A stretch of 64,000 bases of DNA from Opitutia bacterium (GTDB lineage: Bacteria > Verrucomicrobiota > Verrucomicrobiia > Opitutales > Opitutaceae). The position numbers and the translations under genes are program-made. The notes beneath the pieces are model-generated. The model made no database searches and was not told the DNA's origin. It saw nothing but the letters and a program-made list of their open reading frames with translations. How positions within the stretch are numbered: position 1 is the first letter of the stretch; the number at the start of each line of letters is the position of its first letter. The stretch lies in the NCBI GenBank assembly GCA_947478395.1, contig CANJVR010000004.1:32001-96000 (forward strand). Reading direction: 5' to 3'. This document shows, piece after piece, positions 1 to 10,839 of this stretch.

Positions 1-223
1 GGCGAAGGCGCGGGCTTTTGTCGCGGCAATCGCGGCGGTAAAGTAGTGCGGAGGAAGTCCCGGAAGCCGGCATCCGGCGGATGGCCATAAGGCGGCACGA
101 GGATTTCCGGGAGCTGCGCCCCGAGGTTTCCGTGCGCCGAGGAGCGCGATGGTGACACCACCGAGGGCCTGGAATTTTCTGGGCCTCTTCGTGGCCAGGA
201 AATCTGGCCGGTACGAGATCGGA

Positions 224-985
224 TCAGGCGAGATACTGGGCCACATCCGGCAGGCGTTTGACGCGGCGGCCGGCGGCGTCGCGGGCGAAGTAGGGATCCT
301 CTTCGCGCGTGACCTCGACCTCTTCTTCGCCCTCGGGCGCGTCTTCTTCTTTTTCTTCTTCGCCCTCTTCGTCCACGACCAGCCACTCAAGTTCGTCGTC
401 GAAGATATGCGTCATGCGTCGCGCTTGCGGGTCGAGGATCAGCGCGGGATTTTTCAACCGGCCGGCTTTCACGAACTCGAATAGGCAGGGCACGTACTGG
501 TCGTCGAAAAATGCCCGGAAGTCGCTCAGCCATTTGTTCTCCACGCCTTCCCTCCGATTGAGGAGGGCGACGTCGGAGAAGTGGACACACGCTTCGTACC
601 AGGCGCGCAGCGGCGGATTTTTTTCCACGAGCTGGCAGTTGATCACGCAGAGCACGCGGCCAAGTTCTACGGGCTGGAGTTCGACCCAGTTTTTAAACGC
701 CTCGACTTGATCCACCGGATCGCGCCGGCCATCCGTGAAGAAAAAAACATGCGTCGCCTCGGGCGGCAGCGTGGCCTCGATGGATTGGGCGAGCGTCCAT
801 GTCCAGCGCGTGACGTTGGGCAGCTTCGCATCGATCTCGGCGGGAGCTTCGTCGGCCGAAAGCAGCACGGCCGGCCGGTCGCCTTCGCCCAGGCCACCGT
901 CGATCAGATCGGCTACGACCGTGCGTCGACCGGAACCGGCCGCGCCGAGGATGAGATAGACCAGTGGTTTTTCATCAGAAGCCAT
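224..985 (-). CDS. Hypothetical protein, CobW/P-loop GTPase-like fold with degenerate Walker A
   Basis: LILGAAGSGRRT near the N-terminus; SDVALLNR resembles the CobW 'ADxxxxNK' segment; acidic C-terminal tract. Confidence 0.5.
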   Translation of the reverse strand: MASDEKPLVYLILGAAGSGRRTVVADLIDGGLGEGDRPAVLLSADEAPAEIDAKLPNVTRWTWTLAQSIEATLPPEATHVFFFTDGRRDPVDQVEAFKNWVELQPVELGRVLCVINCQLVEKNPPLRAWYEACVHFSDVALLNRREGVENKWLSDFRAFFDDQYVPCLFEFVKAGRLKNPALILDPQARRMTHIFDDELEWLVVDEEGEEEKEEDAPEGEEEVEVTREEDPYFARDAAGRRVKRLPDVAQYLA

Positions 986-1097
986 GCGTCACAGCAAAGG
1001 ACACGAAAAATTGGGGAAAGGCGAAGCTCGGATTTTTGCCGAATCAATTGCGCCGAGCTGCCTGAGTCGGAACGAGGAATCAATCCGCGTTCGTCTT

Positions 1098-1211
1098 GCA
1101 GGTGGGGTCCACCCGCAGCCGCTCTTTGGGAGCATGGCCTTTCCCGGGCACTTTCCGATCATGCGGCTGAGGGCGGCCGCGCGCCGAGCGGGGTGAGGGC
1201 GCCGCGCCTTC
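1098..1211. repeat. REP-like palindromic cluster (family A)
   Basis: GCGGGGTGAGGGCGCCGCGCC at 1188-1208 is identical to 21141-21161; degenerate copies at 1163-1185 and inverted at 1098-1122; intergenic. Confidence 0.6.
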
Positions 1212-1220
1212 AACGTCACC

Positions 1221-2312
1221 TCAAAATTCAAACGTCCCGCACTGCGCGCTCTGGCGCAGCCAATGGTCGACCAGCACGAGCGCCGTCATCGCCTCCACGA
1301 TCGGTACGGCGCGCGGGACCACGCAAGGATCGTGGCGGCCGCGACCCATGAGCTCGGTGGGTGTGCCCGTCACATCCACGGTGGCCTGCAACTGTAGAAT
1401 CGTGGCGGTGGGTTTGAACGCTACACGGAAGACGATCTCCTCGCCGTTGCTGATTCCGCCCTGAATGCCGCCCGAGCGATTGGTGATGGTGTGAATTTCG
1501 CCGCCGCGATTTTCGAACGCGTCGTTATGCTGGCTCCCGCGCAGCTGCGCGCCAGCGAACCCGCTGCCGATTTCAAAGCCCTTGGTCGCCGGAAGCGAAA
1601 GCATCGCCTTGGCAAGATCGGCCTCGAGGCGGTCGAACACCGGCTCGCCCAAACCCACCGGCACGCCGCGCACGCGGCATTCGATGACGCCGCCGACGGA
1701 GTCGCCTTCGCTCCGTACGGCCTTGATGCGCTCGATCATCGCGGCGGCGGTGGCCGGATGGGGGCAACGCACGGGTGTGGCCTCGACCGCGGCGAGCGTG
1801 GGGAAATCTACCAACGCCTCCGCCGGGACGGCGATGTCGTGCACCTGCGTGAGAAACGCGCGGATTTCGACCGAAGCCCCTAGAATTTTTTTGGCGATCG
1901 CGCCCGCCGCCACGCGGCCGACGGTTTCGCGGGCCGAGCTGCGCCCGCCGCCGCGATGATCGCGTCGGCCAAATTTGGCCTGATAGGTGAAATCGGCGTG
2001 CGACGGGCGAAACTTGTCCTTCATCTCGTCGTACGCGCCGGGCCGCTGGTCCCCGTTTTTCACAAGGAGGGCGATGGGCGTGCCGGTGGTCTTGCCCTCG
2101 AAGACGCCGGATAAAATTTCGACCCGATCCTCTTCCTTGCGCGGCGTCACGATGTCGCTTTGACCCGGGCGGCGGCGGTCGAGTTCGACCTGGATTTCAT
2201 CGGCGGTGATGGGCAATCCCGGTGGGCAGCCGTCGATGACGACCCCTACGGCCGGTCCATGGCTTTCGCCCCAAGTGGTGATCGAGAAAAGCTGGCCGAA
2301 CGAGTTGCCCAT
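1221..2312 (-). CDS. aroC: Chorismate synthase
   Basis: [37 protein letters not shown] signature motifs. Confidence 0.97.
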   Translation of the reverse strand: MGNSFGQLFSITTWGESHGPAVGVVIDGCPPGLPITADEIQVELDRRRPGQSDIVTPRKEEDRVEILSGVFEGKTTGTPIALLVKNGDQRPGAYDEMKDKFRPSHADFTYQAKFGRRDHRGGGRSSARETVGRVAAGAIAKKILGASVEIRAFLTQVHDIAVPAEALVDFPTLAAVEATPVRCPHPATAAAMIERIKAVRSEGDSVGGVIECRVRGVPVGLGEPVFDRLEADLAKAMLSLPATKGFEIGSGFAGAQLRGSQHNDAFENRGGEIHTITNRSGGIQGGISNGEEIVFRVAFKPTATILQLQATVDVTGTPTELMGRGRHDPCVVPRAVPIVEAMTALVLVDHWLRQSAQCGTFEF

Positions 2313-2489
2313 GGCGTCCGAAAACCGTTGGCGCCGGCTTCGGCCCTCGCAAGCGGCAAATCGGCTTCAAATATTTCGGCAACAAACACGTTAAGTGCAC
2401 GGTCGCCGCACATCACCGTTTACAACCCGGATTGATTCACCTCTCATTTCTCGCCGCGTCCGCGTTCTCCTCTTCCCATCGTTTTCCTG

Positions 2490-4629
2490 CATGACCTCGC
2501 GTTTTGTTTGCCTGAGCCTCGCCGCCGTCTTGCTGATCGCGTCCAGCCGACTCAACGCCCAGACGCCGCCGGCGACTCCCGCTCCCGGGGCTGGCGCGCC
2601 GGCCGGAGCCGTGGCGGCCTCGGTCAAACCCACCGACGATGAAATGATCGCGGGCCCGATCCGGTTTAGCGATATGCCGATCGATGGCGTGCTCGATCAG
2701 CTGGCGACGCTCACGGGCCGCGCGATTCTTCGTCCGAATTCTCTGCCGACCGCCAATTACACGCTGCGAATCGAGCGGCCGATCCCGAAGTCGGAGCTCA
2801 TCCTCGCCCTCGAGACGCTCCTGAAGCATAACCAAGTCGGCGTCTCGCCGCAGGGTGATCGCTTCCTCAACGTTGTGCCCCTCGGCTTGGTGAAAAACGA
2901 GGCGCCGGAAATGATTAACGGCTCCGCCTTCGAGCAGCCGGCGAGCGGGAAAATTGCGACCAAGATTTTCCAGCTCGATTTCCTGCGGGCCACCGAGTTC
3001 GCGGCGCTGATTCAACAGATGCTCACGCCGACGCTTCAAGGCGGCATGGTGGTTTTGGACAAGGCCAATGCCGCCATGATCACCGACACCGTCAGCAATC
3101 TTCAGCGCGTTGAGACACTTTTGAAGACGCTCGACCGGCCGGCGACCAGCGGCCTCACGCCGAAATTCTACACGTTGCGCAATGGCGCCAAGGCCAGCGA
3201 TCTCGTGAACAAAATGCGCACGATCATCGGCAGCGGACCGTTGCAGGTGCAGCTGGGCACGACCACAACCTACAATGCGGATGATCGCACCAACCAGGTC
3301 ATCCTCATCGCGGATCCCCGCCAGTATCCGTTTTTCGACGATCTGATCGCCAAACTCGACATCAAGGCCGACCCCAACACGCGCAGCGAGGTAATCGCGC
3401 TCAAGCACGCGGTGGCGAAGGACGTGCAATCGCTTTTGCAGAACTTGGTCACATCGCAGACGTCCGCCTCGCAACGCGCACAGGGCGGCCAATCCGTGCG
3501 CGCGGGCCAATTCGGCGGTCTACCTAATCAGGCAGGAGCACCGCCAGCCGCTCCGGTGCCGGGGGCGCCGATTGGGCCGGTGACGGCTGCGGCCGGGACC
3601 TCGGCTGTTTCGCTTGGGGGCAATGGTGAAACGGGCGGCAGCAATGAATTCAGCAGCCTCGCGATGGCCGTCGCCGACGAGCGGACGAATTCCATTATTG
3701 TTTTCGGTACGAGCGACGACATCCGGCTGATCCGCGAACTGGTCGACAAGATCGATATCATTCTAGCGCAGGTGAGCATCCAGGTGATCATCGCCGAAGT
3801 GACGCTGAACGACAGCGACAAAACTGGTCTGAGTGCGCTGGGTTTCACGGTCGGCACCGACGCACCCAGCAGCAGTGCGACGGGGCCTGTCGGGAGTACC
3901 GGGCACGGCACGCACATCACGAATTTCGATCCGATCGGCGTGGCGGGTTGGGCGTTCACGGGTGGCGTGGTCAATCCGCTCGCCTTCAAAGCCGCGCTTG
4001 GCGACACCGGCTCGCGCAGCAACGTCAAGATTCTCTCCAGCCCCACCATCATGACCACGCACGCCAAGGAAGGTCAGGTCGTGGTGGGAGAACAACGTCC
4101 GGTGGTCACATCCACAAACACTTCGATTGGCGGTGCGGGTGGCACGTCCTCAAGTTACACGTATAAGACCATAGCGATTGATCTCAAGGTGACGCCTTTC
4201 ATCGGCGACGACGGTGGCATCCAGCTGAAAATCGACCAGAAAGTCGACGACGTGCTGGGCACGACCACGATCGACGGCAATCAAGTTCCTACCATCGGCA
4301 CGCGTGAGGCGATGGGCAGCATCAATGTCTACGACGGCGAAATGGTCGTACTTGGCGGTTTGCAGCGCAGGAAAATTAGCGCGGATCGAGCGAAGATCGG
4401 ATTCCTCGCTGAAATCCCGATTCTCAGTCAAATTTTGGGCGGGCGGAACAAGAGTGTGGAGCGGACCGAGCTGCTGCTTTTCGTGCGGCCCCACATCATC
4501 AGGCCCGGCGACGGCTCCCGCGACGCGCAGAAGACGATCGATGGACTTACCAACAAGGATCAAATCAACCAGTTCCTCATCGATCCTTCCAAGCCGGTGA
4601 AAGAGCCCTTCATCGAAAACTTCAAGTAA
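2490..4629 (+). CDS. gspD: Type II secretion secretin GspD (locus 1)
   Basis: Signal peptide (MTSRFVCLSL..LNAQ), repeated N-domains (ADDRTNQVI, ADERTNSII), C-terminal secretin domain (KILSSPTI, IPILSQILG, RTELLLFVRPHI); ATG 2490 chosen as start. Confidence 0.9.
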
Positions 4630-4647
4630 GTCGCGGACTGCACCCCG

Positions 4648-6369
4648 ATGCTCGCGCTCGTCCAAGATTCCCTGCCCGCCGCGCTGTCCGAGCGGCTCTC
4701 CGCTGAACAGCGCCAGGCGGTCCTCGAGGCGCCGCGTGAGCAGCGCCTCGCTGCGCTCTCCGCCGCCCTCGGCCGGCGGGAACCGGACATGCTCGTCGCG
4801 CTCGCCGCGGCGGCGGGACTAACGATCGCAAGCAATCTCGAAACCGATCCCGCGGCCCGCGGACTTTTGCCCGCGCGGCTCGTCCACGATTACCAAATTA
4901 TTCCGATTAAGTTCGGCGCTGCGACGGCAGAGGACACGGCTGAGCCAACCATGCTCACGCCGTTGCATCTGGCTTCGGCGTGGCTGCCGGACGCGGTGAT
5001 GAACGACTGGCTGCGCACGTTTACCCCGCGCCCGCTCGTCTGGCATCTCGCCGTGCCCGAGCGTGTGCACCAGCTCATCATCGAAAACTTCGGCGTTGGC
5101 TCCGGCGCGCTCGAGGATGGCGAGGACAACTATATCGCGCCCGAGGCGATCCAGCAGGCCGAGGAAGTGGTGGATGAGGAAGCCGCCGTCGTGCGCTTCG
5201 TCACCGATGTCATCAAGCAGGCGGTCGAGGATCAGGCGACGGACATTCACTTTGAGCCGCAGGAAGAAGAGCTGCGCATTCGTTATCGCGTCGACGGCCT
5301 GCTCGTGCCCGTGCCGGTGCCAGAAAATTTGCTGCGCTTTCAGGACGCGATCATTTCGCGGCTCAAGATCATGGCGCGGCTGAACATTTCGGAAAAGCGC
5401 TTGCCGCAAGATGGACGCATCAACTTCAAGGCGAATGCCACGGTGCTCGACATTCGCGTTTCAACGGTCCCGACAATTTACGCCGAGTCCATTTCGCTGC
5501 GTCTCCTGAATCAGAAGAAGGAAGCCTACACGATGGAGCGCCTCGGCATGAGCGCGGCCGAGCAGGCGCAAATCGTGAGCGTGCTCGATTATCCCCACGG
5601 GATCATTCTCGTCACGGGGCCGACGGGCTCCGGCAAGAGCACCTCGCTCAATGCATTCCTGCGGAAGATCAATGCGACCGATCTCCGCATCATCACGATC
5701 GAAGACCCGATCGAATACGAGGTGCCCGGGGTAAATCAAATGCAGGTGCGCTCGGAGATCGGCCTGACCTTTGCGAGCGCGTTGCGGCACGTGCTGCGGC
5801 AGGATCCCGATGTGATCATGGTCGGCGAAATCCGCGACAAGGAGACGGCGGAGATTGCGATCCGCGCGTCGCTCACCGGTCACTTGGTGTTTTCCACGCT
5901 GCACACGAATGACGCGCCCGGCGCTATCACGCGTTTGGTCGACATGGGCATTGAACCCTTCCTCGTGGCCTCGGCCATTGAGCTGGTGATTGCGCAGCGG
6001 CTCGTGCGGCGGCTGTGTCCGAATTGCGCAAAAGCTGAACCGATCAGCAAAGTGAAGCTGCTGGAAACGCTTTTGATCCTCGAATGCGACCAGACGGAGG
6101 CAGAATTGATCTCGGAATTGAAATCGCCGGTGGGCTGCGATCGTTGCCGGGGCACCGGTTATCGTGGGCGCATCGGGCTGTTTGAAATCTTCCGGCTCAA
6201 CGACGAATTGCACCAGTTGATTCTCAAGCGCGAAAGCACGCGCACGCTGACGCAGGCCGCGCGGAAACAAGGCATGCGTACGCTCGGTCAAAGCGGCTGG
6301 GAAAAAGTGAAAGCCGGACACACGACCCTTGAGGAAGTGTTGCGGGTGGTAACGGTGGCGGAAAAATGA
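4648..6369 (+). CDS. gspE: T2SS assembly ATPase GspE/PulE (locus 1)
   Basis: EKRLPQDGRI, Walker A GPTGSGKST, LRQDPDVIMVGEIRD, TGHLVFSTLHTND, CxxC..CxxC. Confidence 0.95.
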   Translation: MLALVQDSLPAALSERLSAEQRQAVLEAPREQRLAALSAALGRREPDMLVALAAAAGLTIASNLETDPAARGLLPARLVHDYQIIPIKFGAATAEDTAEPTMLTPLHLASAWLPDAVMNDWLRTFTPRPLVWHLAVPERVHQLIIENFGVGSGALEDGEDNYIAPEAIQQAEEVVDEEAAVVRFVTDVIKQAVEDQATDIHFEPQEEELRIRYRVDGLLVPVPVPENLLRFQDAIISRLKIMARLNISEKRLPQDGRINFKANATVLDIRVSTVPTIYAESISLRLLNQKKEAYTMERLGMSAAEQAQIVSVLDYPHGIILVTGPTGSGKSTSLNAFLRKINATDLRIITIEDPIEYEVPGVNQMQVRSEIGLTFASALRHVLRQDPDVIMVGEIRDKETAEIAIRASLTGHLVFSTLHTNDAPGAITRLVDMGIEPFLVASAIELVIAQRLVRRLCPNCAKAEPISKVKLLETLLILECDQTEAELISELKSPVGCDRCRGTGYRGRIGLFEIFRLNDELHQLILKRESTRTLTQAARKQGMRTLGQSGWEKVKAGHTTLEEVLRVVTVAEK

Positions 6370-6433
6370 GATTTGAAACACCGATGATCGCTGCGTTTTG
6401 GATGACTCCTGGGTCATGCGCTGATCGATGGGG

Positions 6434-6457
6434 GCGGGGTGCCGTCACCACGCCTAC
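6434..6457. repeat. REP-like hairpin (family A)
   Basis: GCGGGGTGCCGTCACCACGCCTAC, a hairpin ending in CTAC (GTAG on the minus strand), between gspE and gspF. Confidence 0.5.
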
Positions 6458-6496
6458 AGTCGGAAATGCTGCGGCGGGAGCGAACTGATCACGCCC

Positions 6497-7756
6497 ATGG
6501 CCCGTTTCGCTTACAGCGCCCGTGACCCGGCAGGGCAAAGCCTCACCGCCGAAATTGACGCGCCGACGCGCAAGGACGCGTTGCGCCTGCTCGCCGCGCG
6601 CGGGTTGCAGGTCACGAGTGTGACCGAACAAGTTGCGGCCAGCGCGAAGGGCGGAAAGAAAAGCATCGCGGCGGCGCGACTTGAAAAATCAACGGGACTT
6701 TCGTCCGCGGTAACGCCGAGGCGGGCGGAGCGGCTGCCGTTTTTTGAATCGCTCTACGATCTCACGAGCAGCGGGCTCTCTGCCGGCGAAGCGGTGCGCC
6801 TGCTTTCGACGCGCATCAAAGAGCCGCGTTTGCGCACGCTCTGCGCCGGCATCTGGGAACGCATCAGCGAGGGTTCGCCCCTCTCGCGGGCGTTGGGCGC
6901 CTACCCGGAAGTATTCGACTCGGGTAACGTCAATCTCATCCAAGCCGGTGAGGCCACGGGCTCGCTCAACGATACGCTCGCGCGCCTGATCTCGCACTTG
7001 GTCGAAGAGCGTGAGCTGCGCAGCCAGCTGATCGCGGCGCTGGCGTATCCAATCGGGATGATTTTTGTTTCGGGCGGCGTGGTGCTGTTCTTCATGTTTT
7101 TCCTCCTGCCGCGTTTGCAGGGACTGCTCACGTCGTTGCGCGGCAAAATGCCGATCTCCACCCAGATCTTGATGTGGACGGCCGATTTCTCGCTGCACTA
7201 TGGAATCTTCGTGGTGGCTGGCTTGGTGTTCGCGGTCGTTTCGTTCTGGCGCTGGCGGGCGACGGAAGCGGGGCGGATAACCACGGACGCCTGGTTGCTC
7301 CGTTTGCCGTTGCTCGGGCCGTTCGCCGTTGCACAGACGGTGCTCGCGTTTAGCCAGACGCTTTCCGTGCTACTGGAAAACGGCATCACCGCGGCCGAGG
7401 CGCTGCGCATGACGGAGAAACAGATTGGCAATCGCACGCATCGCGCTGCGTTTAATCAAGCGACGGCGCGGGTGCTCGAAGGCGAGGCGTTGTCGGTCTC
7501 GCTCGCTCGTACCGGATGTTTCCCTGATTTGGTCCTCGACCGTCTGGCCATCGGCGAAAATACGGGCAACGTCGTGCCGAGCTTGAAGGAAGTCGCGCGG
7601 GCTTACCGAAAAATCATTTCGAATCATCTAAACGTGTTTACGAAAGTAATCGGCAGCATCGTGCTCGGCGGTGTTTTTGCGTTCGTCGCGTTCATCGCGT
7701 TTTCGATCGTCAGCGCCGTTTTTCAAGTCAGCGCGAGTTTCAATATCGGCCGGTGA
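6497..7756 (+). CDS. gspF: T2SS inner-membrane platform protein GspF (locus 1)
   Basis: MARFAYSARD start, two T2SSF repeats (AGEATGSL, IGENTGNV), ALAYP, three TM segments. Confidence 0.92.
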   Translation: MARFAYSARDPAGQSLTAEIDAPTRKDALRLLAARGLQVTSVTEQVAASAKGGKKSIAAARLEKSTGLSSAVTPRRAERLPFFESLYDLTSSGLSAGEAVRLLSTRIKEPRLRTLCAGIWERISEGSPLSRALGAYPEVFDSGNVNLIQAGEATGSLNDTLARLISHLVEERELRSQLIAALAYPIGMIFVSGGVVLFFMFFLLPRLQGLLTSLRGKMPISTQILMWTADFSLHYGIFVVAGLVFAVVSFWRWRATEAGRITTDAWLLRLPLLGPFAVAQTVLAFSQTLSVLLENGITAAEALRMTEKQIGNRTHRAAFNQATARVLEGEALSVSLARTGCFPDLVLDRLAIGENTGNVVPSLKEVARAYRKIISNHLNVFTKVIGSIVLGGVFAFVAFIAFSIVSAVFQVSASFNIGR

Positions 7757-7792
7757 AATCGCGGGGCGCTTTGCGCACCCAAAGAGCAATCA

Positions 7793-7814
7793 CAGGGTGG
7801 GGGCACACCGCCTA
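7793..7814. repeat. REP-like element (family A)
   Basis: CAGGGTGGGGGCACACCGCCTAC, similar to the other family A copies; intergenic. Confidence 0.5.
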
Positions 7815-7868
7815 CCGTTTCCGGGCTTCAACGGTTGAAAAGCGCCGCGTGAGGATATGCCCTAATTT

Positions 7869-8606
7869 ATGTCCTCTTCCTTGGTTCTTGTCACAGGCGC
7901 GGCCGGCCGGGTGGGGCGTCCCATCACGGCCGCTTTGCGGGAAAAATTTCCGGTGCGGGCGTTCGACCGGGTGGCGATCCCGGGCGATCACACCGCGCAT
8001 CTTGGCGATCTCTCGGATCGTTCGGCGGTCGAGCGGGCGATGGAGGGCGTTCACACGGTGGTGCATCTGGGCGCGTGTCCCTCGATGGAGGGTCAGTTCA
8101 TGCGCGATTTACTGAAGCCCAACATCGAGGGTCTCTGGCACATGCTGGATGTGGCGCGGCTCGCGGGGGTGAGGCGTTTTATTTTTGCGAGTTCGTGCAA
8201 TGTGGCGTTCGGCGCGAAGGAGGCCGCGCAGCTTAAACCGGAGACGCTGCATGTTCTCAATCCGTACGGCGCGACCAAGGCCTTTGGGGAAGCGCTGGGC
8301 CGCTGGTTCCACGACGAATACGGCATGGAGTTTTTGGCGGTGCGGATCGGCTATTTCAGCGGACGCTACGCGGAGCCCGAATTGGAGCAGCTTTTTCTCC
8401 GACGTATCTGGTTGGGTCCGCGCGACGGCGGGAAATTTTTTCAACTCGCGGTGGCGGCGCGACCGTTTGGCTACGGGATCGTGTACGCGTGTTCGCGCAC
8501 GCGGGAAAAATATCTCGATCTCACAACCGCGCGTGAATTGCTCGGCTACGAGCCCGACGAAGACGTGCCGGAGAGCGGGGGCGGGCACACCGTGGCGCCG
8601 GCCTGA
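7869..8606 (+). CDS. NAD-dependent epimerase/dehydratase (uronate dehydrogenase-like extended SDR)
   Basis: VTGAAGRVG Rossmann motif, FASS, YGATK (YxxxK), VRIG. Confidence 0.8.
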   Translation: MSSSLVLVTGAAGRVGRPITAALREKFPVRAFDRVAIPGDHTAHLGDLSDRSAVERAMEGVHTVVHLGACPSMEGQFMRDLLKPNIEGLWHMLDVARLAGVRRFIFASSCNVAFGAKEAAQLKPETLHVLNPYGATKAFGEALGRWFHDEYGMEFLAVRIGYFSGRYAEPELEQLFLRRIWLGPRDGGKFFQLAVAARPFGYGIVYACSRTREKYLDLTTARELLGYEPDEDVPESGGGHTVAPA

Positions 8607-8694
8607 TCCTGAAGCGGCTGAGCCAAACGCGTAGCCGCTCCGCCAAAACGGCCATGGAAAAACTTACGCCGACCTCCCTTTGGGCCCGGCGAAA

Positions 8695-10632
8695 CTACGG
8701 CACTTCGTAAATTTCGACGAGCGCTTCGCCGGTGCCGCCATCGGCGCCCGAGATTTGCGCGGTGTAGCCGCCGGGAGGGAGCGTGATCAGGAGTGCGGCG
8801 TCTTTGCTGCCGGCATCGAGCGGAAACGCGCCCCCACTGGCAAACGTGGCGGCGAGGGCGTTGTTCCAGCTGTCATTTTCCGCGATCTTGGTCGAGCCGA
8901 GGAACAACTCGAGTTTGGGATCGGCGAGGAAGCCACTGACGCCGAAGGTCGCGAGTTTCGGGCCGACCCCGCGGATGAGTACCGTCTTCGCGACCGGCCC
9001 ATCGATGGTGAATCCCGCGATCAACAGGTCGCTGCCCGTGCCGACGAAATTGCGCGCCGAGAGATTGCTTAGACGCGGCGTGAAGCCGCCCCCGGCATCG
9101 TACACTTCGACGAGGGCAATGCCGTTGCCCGTGCCTTTGAGCTGCGCGGTATAACCGCCCGTGATCGTCGCCAGCAGCGCCGCGTCCTTGCTGCCGGCGC
9201 TCAGCGCGAATGCGCCCAGGTTGGCGAACGTGGCGGCGAGCGTGGGATCCCAATCGTCGTTTTGGTTTTGTTTGATGGATGTGCTGTCGTAGATTTCCAG
9301 CTTTGGATCCGCGTAGAAATTCGGAATGCTAAATCCGGCCAGCGTTGGACCCACGCCTCGCAGCAGCAGGCTCTTCGCCCCGGTCGTCGAAAAGCCGACG
9401 ATCAAAAGTTGCCCGGCGGTGACGTTGGCCCGAACGGCCAGGTTGGAGAGGCGCGTCAACTGGCCGGCGGGTCCGACGTTGATGGTGGCGCTGGTACTGT
9501 TGATCGTGCCCTCGCTGTTCGTTACCCGGCAAAAATAAACATCTGCGTCGGCGGCGGACACCGCCGGCAGAATGATCGTGGCGTTCGTCGCCCCCGCGAT
9601 CGGCGTAGTAGTCCCGCGGAACCATTGGTACGTGAGACCCAAACCGGCGGCGCTCGTGGTCAGGGCCACGGTCTGGCCGGTAGCCGCGGTGACGCTCTGC
9701 GGTTGGGCGACTATTACGGGTTGTCCAGGGCTGACGGTCACCGCGAGGGTGCTGTCCACGAAATTTCCGTTCACGTCGGAGACGTGCACCGTGACGTTGG
9801 TGGTGCCGGGCGCGAGCGCGGCGAGGAGGAGCGTGCTCCCCGAAATGGTCGCCGTGGCGACGCTGGAGTTCGAGCTGGTGGCCGAGAAGCTGGCCACCGA
9901 TGCGTCACCGGCCGCCGCCGGGAAGAAAGGCACGACCTTCATGCTGCGAACCACGACGAGATTTGCGGCGTTCAGCGGGGTTGCCGTCAGGGGAAGTTGG
10001 TTGAAGGCACTGCCGAGCGTCGCGGTGGCGTCCACGACGGGCAGCGCGGCGATGCTATCGGCCACGCTCATGCCGGTGCCCATCACGCGCGCAAAAACCG
10101 TGAAACCGCTGTTCTGCGTGTCGAGGTTGGCGTTGTTGTTGGCGAGATTGACGAACCACTGGCAGGTCGCGCTGTTGGGCGAGCTATCAAGTTTCGCGAG
10201 CGCGAGCGTACCGCGGGTGTTGGAGACCTTGAACTCGTTTTGCACCGGAGCATCGGCGGGAATGCCGAGTACCGAATTTCCGGAGATCGTGAAACCGCCG
10301 CTCTGGATAATGAAGCCCGGCACCGAGCGGTGGACCAACGTGTTGGTGTAGGCGCCGCGGTTTACGTAGTTCAGGAAATTCGCGACCGTGTTGGGCGCGT
10401 CGCTGGCGAGCAGCGCAACGTCGAATTTTCCCCTCACCGTATCGAATTGGACCACCTGCCCGGTGATGCCTTGAATCGTGAAAAACGCCCGCAGGTCGAG
10501 CGAGGCCGTGTTGCCGGTCACCAAGGGCGTCGACGGCAGCGCTACGGTGCTGACTGGCACGGCCGAAGTCTGGGCATGGCCGCGAAGGACCAAGGCCAGA
10601 AGCAGGAGAGTTGAGTCGCGGCAAAATTTCAT
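8695..10632 (-). CDS. Secreted cyclophilin-type PPIase + Ig-like domains + two C-terminal RLxNLSxR modules
   Basis: Signal peptide; cyclophilin motifs APNTVANF, HRSVPGFIIQSGG, NTRGTLALA, SATCQWFVN, FTVFARV; Ig motif YQWF..Y.C.VTN; tandem C-terminal module. Confidence 0.85.
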   Translation of the reverse strand: MKFCRDSTLLLLALVLRGHAQTSAVPVSTVALPSTPLVTGNTASLDLRAFFTIQGITGQVVQFDTVRGKFDVALLASDAPNTVANFLNYVNRGAYTNTLVHRSVPGFIIQSGGFTISGNSVLGIPADAPVQNEFKVSNTRGTLALAKLDSSPNSATCQWFVNLANNNANLDTQNSGFTVFARVMGTGMSVADSIAALPVVDATATLGSAFNQLPLTATPLNAANLVVVRSMKVVPFFPAAAGDASVASFSATSSNSSVATATISGSTLLLAALAPGTTNVTVHVSDVNGNFVDSTLAVTVSPGQPVIVAQPQSVTAATGQTVALTTSAAGLGLTYQWFRGTTTPIAGATNATIILPAVSAADADVYFCRVTNSEGTINSTSATINVGPAGQLTRLSNLAVRANVTAGQLLIVGFSTTGAKSLLLRGVGPTLAGFSIPNFYADPKLEIYDSTSIKQNQNDDWDPTLAATFANLGAFALSAGSKDAALLATITGGYTAQLKGTGNGIALVEVYDAGGGFTPRLSNLSARNFVGTGSDLLIAGFTIDGPVAKTVLIRGVGPKLATFGVSGFLADPKLELFLGSTKIAENDSWNNALAATFASGGAFPLDAGSKDAALLITLPPGGYTAQISGADGGTGEALVEIYEVP

Positions 10633-10839
10633 GGCGAAGCGTGAACGCACGGATGCATAAGACACGAGGCGGTTCCATCCCAAAGCGGATGCAGCCTCGT
10701 CGAGCGCGACTAAAGGGTGGGGCGCGTTACTCCAAACGCCGCGGTTCGACGTCGCTCGCGCTGGTGAGCCGCGTCGCACCGCCAGATTAGGAGATCATTC
10801 GCCCGGCCATTTGGCGTGATCACAAATCCTTCAGGAGAA

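Noticed and set aside
1..223. Possible gene start on the minus strand at the window edge
   Set aside because: Too short to fix a frame or family.
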